Part shown: positions 24,847-32,000 of the stretch, piece by piece
How the letters are laid out: the number at the start of each line of letters is the position of its first letter
How positions within the stretch are numbered: position 1 is the stretch's first letter
Assembly (NCBI GenBank): GCA_048886185.1
Contig: JBHLKY010000004.1
Coordinates: forward strand, 150,001-182,000
Source of the DNA: Candidatus Hermodarchaeota archaeon
Lineage (GTDB): Archaea > Asgardarchaeota > Heimdallarchaeia > Hodarchaeales > Hodarchaeaceae
DNA length: 32,000 nucleotides
Direction of reading: 5' to 3'
Made by a program: the position numbers and the translations under genes
Notes under the pieces: generated by a model
Seen by the model: the letters and a program-made list of their open reading frames with translations, nothing else
What the model was told of the DNA's origin: nothing
Database searches by the model: none

Positions 24847-27800
24847 ATGAACCTTTCTCTCAGAAAAGCTATTGGTGTCAGAAAGCGACAAATTGGGCTC
24901 ATTTTTAGCTTAGCTAGAAGGAATGCAACCCGTTCTCCATATCGAAGCTCTTTATTAATACTTGGAATTGTATTGACAGTTGCGTTAGAAACTGGAATTG
25001 TTATTTCTGTGGATACTCTTTATGATGATTTTATATTTAGTAATCGGAACAATAATTATACCGATATATCCGTAATCCCTAAGACCTGGGTTAATTTATC
25101 CTCTCTTCGATCAATTACCAGAGAAGTTGCTTCTGTAGCAGGTGTAACTAAAGCAAGCCCTGTTTATACCATCCCTGTTAATCGGCTTGTTAAGGAAGAA
25201 TTCCCTGAATCAAATATTTTAATTTACGGTCTTGATCCTAAAACACATCCAGATTTTTCTAATATCAATATAACTACAGGAAAACGTGAAGTTAAAGGAA
25301 ATACTGTTATTATTTCTAAGAAACTTTTCATTGATTCTGGTCTTCGTGTTGGTGATGTTGTTGATCTAGCTGAAATTGGTACTGATTTCTTAGAACCAAA
25401 TTTATTGACATCCACTAAATTCAAGATAGGAGGAGTAATGAATGACCCTTCTTTCTTTGGAAATAATGTTGGATACCTTTTCATTATGATCAATATCCAA
25501 ACATTATATGAAATTTTTCCAAAAGCTGATCGTGCCTCGATCCTGAGAGGGAAAATCGATGTTCATGTTGAAAATTTATTAGATATTAAAAAAATCAACG
25601 AAAACATTAAAGATAAGGTTGGCCTTGGATCCTATGTATGGACAGAAAAAGATATTTCTGAAATCAGAGTCACTGGGATTCGAGCATATCAAACAGCTAT
25701 GAATTTGGTAATTCTAGCTTCTTTTGTAGTTGAATTTTTATTTATCACAAATATTTTAGCTATAGCAATTCGAGATCGTTCGCAAGAATTTGGTGTTTTA
25801 CGGGCTGTAGGTAGTAGTTCTAGACAGCTTATAGCTATTATCTCAATAGAGATTTTAATTTATTCAATAATTGGGAGTTTCTTGGGTATCGTGGGTGGTA
25901 TTGCGTTCGCAAGTGTTATTGTTGGTCTTATGCAGTCTTTTTACCCAACTTTGGAATTTCAGGCTCTTTCATTATATCCCTCTTCTCTCCTTGCTACTTT
26001 ATCATCTGGTATCGTTGTTGCTTTAATTTCTGGTTTATATCCTATTATCATTGCTCTATCTATGCCCGTTGTTCGAAATATTCATTCAGAAGCACGCGCT
26101 GGGAGATCATCTACTATTTTATTAGAAAATTGGAAACAAACAGTGATTATGGGAGTTCTTCTTGCTTTAACTGGATTTATCATGCAATTTTTTATTGGTC
26201 CTTCACGATTTCTTGATTTTGAAATACTATCTTTGCATTTTTTCATTATCTTACTAATTTTTATTGGAACAGTATTAGTAGAAATCGGATTTCTCATCTT
26301 CCTACCTAAAGTTGCTTTTATTTTTTTATCACCTATCTTTGGTGAAATAACCCGTACTATCTCCATGCGAAATATAGCCAGAGAGTTCAGGAAATCTCTT
26401 TTCACAATTATAACTACTGCCTTGGCATTAACATTTATCATTGTTGTCGGATTAGTGTCCGCTGCAGTTATCACTGGTTTTCCAGTCTTTTTTCAGGAGG
26501 AATGGGGAAAGATTGACTTAGTAGCTGAGGCCAGAGATGATCAACTTCCACATTTAAATTTTAGTTCATCACTTGAGGATAATTTACCCATAGCTAGAGC
26601 ATCTTTCATTCAAGAAGAGCGGACAGAAATTCAAGGAGTTTCGAGCTATGTCTTTGGAGTTGATCCTCTACAGTACTCCTTTTTTGCAGAGGATGTTATC
26701 GATTCGATAAATAATGGTAATTCCTCATCTTTTCTTTCACGTACTCAGCTGGAGGGAGAGAATGTCACATTTGGTCTTATCTCAAGACTCCTTTTCGAAA
26801 GAATCCTTTCACCAGTGGGTTCACAAATTACTGTTAAAATTGCTAATAACAATTCTGTAAATGTAACCATTGCTGCTGTTATTAAACCAAATATCTTTTT
26901 AGGTAATGGAGAATACCTTTATATATCTGCCGAGAATTTTAAAAACTTTTTCGAAACAACTCAAGCTAAATGGTTTGTATGTGATGTAGAAGGGAATGTT
27001 CGAACTGTTCAAACGATGATAGAAGTTACTTTTCCTCAATTCAAAGAAGTTATTGGTATAGATTTCTTTGTGAAAAGAATAGAGAGGACTTTAATCTTTC
27101 AATCTGCTATTTTCCAACTCTTATTCATAGAATCATTCATTCTTGCCGCTATTGCACAATTTGTATGCATTCTTGTGTCTACTCTTAGGATGGAGCGAGA
27201 AATGGGTATTATGAGAGCGATTGGACTGTCTAGAAGGGGTGTTTTTGATATTTTTATGTCCGAGTCGGTTGCACTAGGCTTGGCTGCACTTGTTATTGGC
27301 TTACTTGATGGATTGCTAGGTTCACTTTTGTTAGCTTGGTATATAAACCTTTCAATTCCTATCGATGTCAGATTTCCTTTAGATAGGATAAATACATGGG
27401 TACTCTTCACCTTTATAATAACATTAATTAGTACAATATTACCTTCTTATCGTTCCAGTAGGAAAAGTATTGTCAATACAATCGCAAGAAGACCCTTTAG
27501 AAAAAGATATACTGATGAACCATCTCTAATACAGGCTTTTTATCCGTTATGGCAATCCTCAGATACAAAAGCAACAGTTGCTACCTCAGAACAACAACGA
27601 AAATCAGAAATTGCTTTAGAAGAAATGAAAGCAGCATTATCCTATCCATCCACCTCATTATGGCGTTTTTTAAACAACCACCGACTTAGAATTCAGATAA
27701 TATTTATCATTTTACTTGTTATTGTTTCCATGATTACACTTTTAGATAGTTATGTGATCATTCGGGGTCTTTTACCTTTTGATTTCATATGGCGATTGTT

Positions 27801-28590
27801 TTTCTCTTTCATGCCTTTTCAAGATACATTTAGCGAATACTACCCAATTACTTTCCTTTTTATTAATCCTATTTTTCTTATGGTTGGTTTAACTGCTGTT
27901 AGCCCGATATCATATTATCTTGTCCATGAGTCTCCGCGTGCTAATCCTATTGTTTTTTTTGCTAAAAGTTTCTTCTTGGGAATTGTGGGAGTTATCACTT
28001 TAATAATCACACCATTTCTTATATCAATTTTCCTTATTTTGATAATCGCACCTTTATTATTGTTTCTTGGTGGTATTTCTTTTCAGAACATTAGTGGTGA
28101 GATCATTTTTTATTTTACATTAACTATTGTAACTCTTGGTCTTGAATTAGTTTTGTTTCAGAGACTATGGGTTATACTTGTTTTTCATGGATTGGGATTC
28201 GAGCTTGATTTTAGCCAAAAAATTTTTTGGCTAGAAAAAATAATTTCAAGGGGTCAGATTAAATTCTTTGGTCTTATCTTTCTTCAAATCATAATCCAAT
28301 TTATCTTATTCTTATTTTCTCAATCAATACCAACAGCAATTTTAGCTGAGGAATCTGTCCAATTTCCATTTAGTATTCCATTTCTATTCTCATTATTTCC
28401 TGTAAATCCTGTGGTATTCATAGTTTTAGCAACTTTTGAGATCGGATTCTTCCTCTTGCTTATAATATATCAAATTGTTCAATCTCAAAACCATATAAAT
28501 CAAATTTATCCAGAGATTCTTGCTGAGCGTATTGAAAAACGATCTATTTTTTCAGCTATACCTGAAAAGAGAGATAAATTTGGATATTGA
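24847..28590 (+). CDS. FtsX/MacB-family (type VII) ABC transporter permease with two FtsX-type modules and an additional C-terminal multi-TM domain, 1247 aa
   Basis: RSSLLILGIVLTVAL first TM; a large extracellular domain; RDRSQEFGVLRAVGSS and RMEREMGIMRAIGLSR (the R-x-x-E-x-G-x-x-RA-x-G coupling motifs); the module ends YPIIIALSMPVV and LPSYRSSRKSIV; then about 300 further, mostly hydrophobic, residues. Confidence 0.88.
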   Translation: MNLSLRKAIGVRKRQIGLIFSLARRNATRSPYRSSLLILGIVLTVALETGIVISVDTLYDDFIFSNRNNNYTDISVIPKTWVNLSSLRSITREVASVAGVTKASPVYTIPVNRLVKEEFPESNILIYGLDPKTHPDFSNINITTGKREVKGNTVIISKKLFIDSGLRVGDVVDLAEIGTDFLEPNLLTSTKFKIGGVMNDPSFFGNNVGYLFIMINIQTLYEIFPKADRASILRGKIDVHVENLLDIKKINENIKDKVGLGSYVWTEKDISEIRVTGIRAYQTAMNLVILASFVVEFLFITNILAIAIRDRSQEFGVLRAVGSSSRQLIAIISIEILIYSIIGSFLGIVGGIAFASVIVGLMQSFYPTLEFQALSLYPSSLLATLSSGIVVALISGLYPIIIALSMPVVRNIHSEARAGRSSTILLENWKQTVIMGVLLALTGFIMQFFIGPSRFLDFEILSLHFFIILLIFIGTVLVEIGFLIFLPKVAFIFLSPIFGEITRTISMRNIAREFRKSLFTIITTALALTFIIVVGLVSAAVITGFPVFFQEEWGKIDLVAEARDDQLPHLNFSSSLEDNLPIARASFIQEERTEIQGVSSYVFGVDPLQYSFFAEDVIDSINNGNSSSFLSRTQLEGENVTFGLISRLLFERILSPVGSQITVKIANNNSVNVTIAAVIKPNIFLGNGEYLYISAENFKNFFETTQAKWFVCDVEGNVRTVQTMIEVTFPQFKEVIGIDFFVKRIERTLIFQSAIFQLLFIESFILAAIAQFVCILVSTLRMEREMGIMRAIGLSRRGVFDIFMSESVALGLAALVIGLLDGLLGSLLLAWYINLSIPIDVRFPLDRINTWVLFTFIITLISTILPSYRSSRKSIVNTIARRPFRKRYTDEPSLIQAFYPLWQSSDTKATVATSEQQRKSEIALEEMKAALSYPSTSLWRFLNNHRLRIQIIFIILLVIVSMITLLDSYVIIRGLLPFDFIWRLFFSFMPFQDTFSEYYPITFLFINPIFLMVGLTAVSPISYYLVHESPRANPIVFFAKSFFLGIVGVITLIITPFLISIFLILIIAPLLLFLGGISFQNISGEIIFYFTLTIVTLGLELVLFQRLWVILVFHGLGFELDFSQKIFWLEKIISRGQIKFFGLIFLQIIIQFILFLFSQSIPTAILAEESVQFPFSIPFLFSLFPVNPVVFIVLATFEIGFFLLLIIYQIVQSQNHINQIYPEILAERIEKRSIFSAIPEKRDKFGY

Positions 28591-28607
28591 AAAAATAAGT
28601 TTTAGGA

Positions 28608-29015
28608 TTATTTAATTTCCTTAATAATTTGTGAGATTTTGTCCCTCTGATTCTCAAGTTGAGGGAAAATGTATTGTGCTCGTTCAGGTAATTCAACAAT
28701 GCGTTCAGCCATATCAAATAAGTCAGGATCAAGTAATTGTCGGATTGTTTGTGTTAATGGATGATCACGTTCCTCAAGAACTTCCACCATTTCCTTTAAT
28801 CGGGCGCCAATGTTTATTAATATTGCGGCTGCTGCTTTTGCTGTCGACTTTTGCTGCATGAATTGTCCTGCTGGAAAAATAAGACGCCAAAAAACGGTTC
28901 CAGTTTTAGGTCTAAGAATCTCATCCATTTTATCCAAACTTTCGTCTATAAGATCCTGAATGTATTTTAGCTCCTTTAAAATAGGATTATCTCCCAAGAA
29001 GAATTCACCAAGCAA
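28608..29015 (-). CDS. Small hypothetical helical protein at the end of the dpp operon
   Basis: 135-codon ORF 11 nt downstream of the dppF stop, on the same strand, filling the gap to the convergent permease. The start shown is TTG and is uncertain. No motif recognised. Confidence 0.6.
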   Translation of the reverse strand: MLGEFFLGDNPILKELKYIQDLIDESLDKMDEILRPKTGTVFWRLIFPAGQFMQQKSTAKAAAAILINIGARLKEMVEVLEERDHPLTQTIRQLLDPDLFDMAERIVELPERAQYIFPQLENQRDKISQIIKEIK

Positions 29016-29026
29016 ATGGGTGATGA

Positions 29027-30103
29027 TTAGCTAGATTCTCGGGCAGCATGTCGGATTACATCAGCAGGATCCCTACCAATATCAAGGGGGGGTCTTGGGA
29101 ACCAACATGATGCAAAATGTCCTTTCTCGACTTCTTCTAAGGGAGGCTCTTGGTCTTTACATTTCTTTTGGACATATTTACATCGTGATGCAAAAAGACA
29201 ACCTGGAGGTGGATTAATTGGAGTACCAGGTTCTCCTGGTAGGATTTCACGCTTTCGCATACTAGTAGGATCAGGAGTAGGTACCGCGGAGATCAATGCT
29301 CTACTGTAGGGATGTACTGCTCCGTGGATTATTTGTTTAATGGTACCTTTTTCCATAACCTTCCCAAGATACATGATAGCTATCTTATCACCGATATAGC
29401 TAGCAACAGAAAGATCATGAGTGATATAGATATAAGCAATGTGGAATTTTCGTCTAATACTCTCTAAGAGATTCAAGATCTCAGACCTTATTGAAACATC
29501 CAGCATTGAAACAGGTTCATCGGCTACTACAAAAGTAGGATCAACGACAATTGCTCGAGCTATAGCAACTCGTTGACGTTGGCCCCCACTGAGTTCATGG
29601 GGGTAACGAAACGTGAACTCTTCTGCCGGAACGAGTTGTACAGCCTCGAAAGCTCTCACAACACGTTCTTCTTCATCAGATGGAGATTCTGCGAGATTAT
29701 TTAGACGTATAGGTTCAGCTACGGTATCATATAGACTTAAACGGGGATTTAAAGAAGAGTAAGGGTCTTGAAAAATAGTCTGAACCTTTGCTCTAAGCCT
29801 ACGAAGTTGTGTTCTACTAATTTTCGCGAGATCTTGCCCCCCGATTGTTACAGACCCACTAGGAACTCGGCCATCCGTTTTGGGTTTTAATAATCCAATT
29901 AGTAATTTACCAATTGTGGTTTTCCCACAACCCGATTCTCCAGCGAGACAATACATATCTTCTGGATAGATGTCAAGATCTACTCCATCCACAGCTTTAA
30001 GCCAAATTTCTCCTCTCCGAAGTTGAGAGAAAAAGCCAGTACTTACTGGAAACCATTTCCTAAGGCCTCGACATGAAACCAAGGGCTTACCGTTTATACT
30101 CAT
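29027..30103 (-). CDS. dppF: Oligopeptide/dipeptide ABC transporter ATP-binding protein (DppF/OppF family)
   Basis: LKAVDGV, Walker A GESGCGKTT, Q-loop QTIFQDPYSSLNPR, signature YPHELSGGQRQR, Walker B VVADEP, H-loop ITHDL, HPYS, and the C-terminal Cys cluster GCLFASRC...KKC...ASC. Confidence 0.93.
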   Translation of the reverse strand: MSINGKPLVSCRGLRKWFPVSTGFFSQLRRGEIWLKAVDGVDLDIYPEDMYCLAGESGCGKTTIGKLLIGLLKPKTDGRVPSGSVTIGGQDLAKISRTQLRRLRAKVQTIFQDPYSSLNPRLSLYDTVAEPIRLNNLAESPSDEEERVVRAFEAVQLVPAEEFTFRYPHELSGGQRQRVAIARAIVVDPTFVVADEPVSMLDVSIRSEILNLLESIRRKFHIAYIYITHDLSVASYIGDKIAIMYLGKVMEKGTIKQIIHGAVHPYSRALISAVPTPDPTSMRKREILPGEPGTPINPPPGCLFASRCKYVQKKCKDQEPPLEEVEKGHFASCWFPRPPLDIGRDPADVIRHAARESS

Positions 30104-30105
30104 GG

Positions 30106-31104
30106 CTATACCTTCCTACCAATACTATAACCTTCGCTTGTTATTCTTCCTGCCGCAAGATGGCATGCTACAAAGTGATTATCCTTCAATTCCTCAGCTG
30201 GCGGATCATCAGTTCGACACATGCTTTGAGCATAATCACATCTCGGATGAAAACGACAACCAGAAGGAGGATCCAATAGATTTGGTGGTTGACCAGGAAT
30301 CGAAGCCAATGTTTGGTTGTGAGATTTTTCAATTGATGGAATCGAAGCGATTAATCCTTGAGAATAAGGATGCATTGGTCGTTCAAAGATTTCAACTACT
30401 GTACCAGATTCAACTATTTTTCCGGCATACATGATTATAACCTTTTCACAGGTCTCTGCTACAACAGAAAGATCATGCGTAATAAGTAAAAGAGTAATAT
30501 TTAGCTCCTTTACAAGCAATCGGAGAAGATCCATTATCTGAGCCTGTACTGTGACGTCTAAGGCTGTTGTAGGTTCATCAGCGATAATAAATTTAGGATT
30601 ACAAGCCAATGCCATCACTATCATTGAACGCTGCTTCATTCCTCCACTAAACTCGAAAGGATAATGATCCACTCGACCAGGATCAATCCCAACCATCTTA
30701 AAAAGCTCTCGTACTCTTTTTAGAGCTTCTTTTTTTGAAATTTCCATATCATGTTGCATAATGGCTTCAGTAATTTGATCCTTGACCTTAATGATGGGAT
30801 TGAGGGCGTTCATCGCACCCTGAAAGACCATGGACATCTGTTTCCAGCGGAATTTTCTCATCTCCTCCTCAGAAAATTCCACTAAATCTTGATCATCATA
30901 GTAGATGTGACCTCCCATGATCTGCCCTGGGAAAGGTAACATCCGGAGGAGAGCAAAAGCAACGGTGCTCTTACCGCATCCTGATTCGCCAACGAGGCCA
31001 ACTGAGTCACCTTGTCCAATAGTAAAGGAGATATCTTCAACAGCTCGACAATCTCCTCGTTTCATACAATAATATACTTTAAGATCCTCAACGCGTAATG
31101 ACAT
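30106..31104 (-). CDS. dppD: Oligopeptide/dipeptide ABC transporter ATP-binding protein (DppD/OppD family)
   Basis: Walker A GESGCGKS, SMVFQGAMNALNP, YPFEFSGGMKQR, IIADEPTTALDV, ITHDL, HPYS, and GCRFHPRC...MC...ACH. The start is probably ATG 31104, with GGTGA (31117..31113) at an 8-nt spacer; the track's 31116 is a GTG inside that RBS. Confidence 0.93.
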   Translation of the reverse strand: MSLRVEDLKVYYCMKRGDCRAVEDISFTIGQGDSVGLVGESGCGKSTVAFALLRMLPFPGQIMGGHIYYDDQDLVEFSEEEMRKFRWKQMSMVFQGAMNALNPIIKVKDQITEAIMQHDMEISKKEALKRVRELFKMVGIDPGRVDHYPFEFSGGMKQRSMIVMALACNPKFIIADEPTTALDVTVQAQIMDLLRLLVKELNITLLLITHDLSVVAETCEKVIIMYAGKIVESGTVVEIFERPMHPYSQGLIASIPSIEKSHNQTLASIPGQPPNLLDPPSGCRFHPRCDYAQSMCRTDDPPAEELKDNHFVACHLAAGRITSEGYSIGRKV

Positions 31105-31116
31105 TTCTGTTTTCAC

Positions 31117-32000
31117 CTATAGTTTTCGTTGTCGTGGATTCATTGCTTTATCTGTAGCATATCCGATGAATACAAAACCCATCGATAGCAGTACAATCAT
31201 AAGCCCAGGTGGCACAACAAACCACCATGCCATATTTTGTAGTGCTGCGGCATTGTAACCCGCTTGAAGCATACGTCCCCATGATACAAGGCCTTGTGGA
31301 GTTAAGGCGAGAAAACTCAAAGCTGCTTCTGAAAGAATTGCTCCAGAAACGCCAGTAGCGAGTTGGACAAAGACTAAAGTTAAGACATTTGGAAATACAT
31401 GCTTGAAGATAAGATAAACATCGCCTGCACCAGCTGCTTTTGCGGCTTCAACATAAGACTTCTCCTTCTCAACAAGGACTTGAGACCGTATGACCCGAGA
31501 GACGCCAGGCCATGCAAACAGTGCAATAATAATTGTTGTAATTTCTAGACTGGGGCTGAAAAGAGCAGCTAGAATCATCATAATTGGCAACCCAGGCATA
31601 ATTAAGAAAAAGTCGACGATTCGCATTAGAATCTCATCGATATAACCACCAAAATACCCTGATACCAAGCCAACCATAAGTCCTACGAAAACACCAATAA
31701 AAGTCGCAACTAGGCCAATGAATAATGAAACCTGAGCTCCCCACATTAACTGGGACATTACATCTTGACCCGCATCAGTAGTTCCTAATAAACCATAATA
31801 GCTAGGATGAACAATGATCCTAACATTGTCAAACCAAGCAATAGCAGTCCCATTCTCATTCTGGGGGACTGGGGGATTATAAGGATTTATTATCGTATTG
31901 GACCACTCTAATCCAAATTCAATTTCTACAATATTATCTTTCTGAAATGCATAATGATATCCAAGAAGAGAGATATTTCGTGTATATGTTTTCCAAATGT
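31117..32000 (-). CDS. dppC: Peptide ABC transporter permease DppC/OppC, 5'-truncated by the window edge, with an extracellular insert
   Basis: The frame is open from 31998 (IWKTYTRNISLLGYHY...AWFDNVRIIVHPSYYGLLGTTDAGQDVMSQLMWGA), so the track's start at 31758 is internal. LLGTxxxGxDxxSxL, the EAA motif YVEAAKAAGA, HVFPNV, ILSEAALSFL and WGRML are all typical of OppC. Confidence 0.9.
   Translation of the reverse strand, partial: IWKTYTRNISLLGYHYAFQKDNIVEIEFGLEWSNTIINPYNPPVPQNENGTAIAWFDNVRIIVHPSYYGLLGTTDAGQDVMSQLMWGAQVSLFIGLVATFIGVFVGLMVGLVSGYFGGYIDEILMRIVDFFLIMPGLPIMMILAALFSPSLEITTIIIALFAWPGVSRVIRSQVLVEKEKSYVEAAKAAGAGDVYLIFKHVFPNVLTLVFVQLATGVSGAILSEAALSFLALTPQGLVSWGRMLQAGYNAAALQNMAWWFVVPPGLMIVLLSMGFVFIGYATDKAMNPRQRKL

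Noticed and set aside
170-30434. Short ORFs in the track that overlap the long genes (e.g. 170..433, 2659..3072, 9046..9405, 20879..21289, 22433..23020, 23039..23557, 26082..26474, 30102..30434)
   Set aside because: They lie antisense or out of frame within well-supported long CDSs, show no recognisable motifs and have Ser/Ile-rich composition typical of shadow frames.

Overview
AT-rich prokaryotic window, probably archaeal. This is inferred from a TTTAAATA/BRE-like promoter, a GGTGA ribosome-binding site and strong N-glycosylation sequon enrichment; an Asgard-type host is my guess only. The left 24 kb is a minus-strand cluster of four very large secreted or membrane-anchored proteins, rich in predicted Ca2+-binding motifs. 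In transcription order: (1) 17515..24120, 2201 aa, with a degenerate caspase/CHAT-like N-domain, a long amphipathic helical region, an amphipathic beta-sheet region, about 25 thrombospondin-type-3-like DxDxDG repeats and a C-terminal TM anchor; (2) 8046..17513, 3155 aa, an FG-GAP beta-propeller protein with inserted jelly-roll domains, an Asp-box propeller and a Gly/Ser/Thr-rich insert; (3) 5272..8046, 924 aa, six PPC-like repeats; (4) <1..4859, at least 1619 aa, a paralogue of (2) that the ORF track misses because it runs off the window edge, with two C-type lectin domains inserted into loops where (2) has none. The first three genes are translationally coupled. Divergent from the cluster is a 1247-aa FtsX/MacB-type ABC permease with an extra multi-TM C-terminal domain and no adjacent cognate ATPase. 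The right end is the tail of a dpp/opp peptide ABC operon (dppC partial, dppD, dppF, small hypothetical). I saw no RNA genes, CRISPR arrays or mobile elements. The best candidate for an undescribed system is a modular Ca2+-dependent adhesion/glycan-capture surface complex built on a propeller scaffold with plug-in lectin cassettes. All domain calls are by-eye motif recognition; no database search was run.
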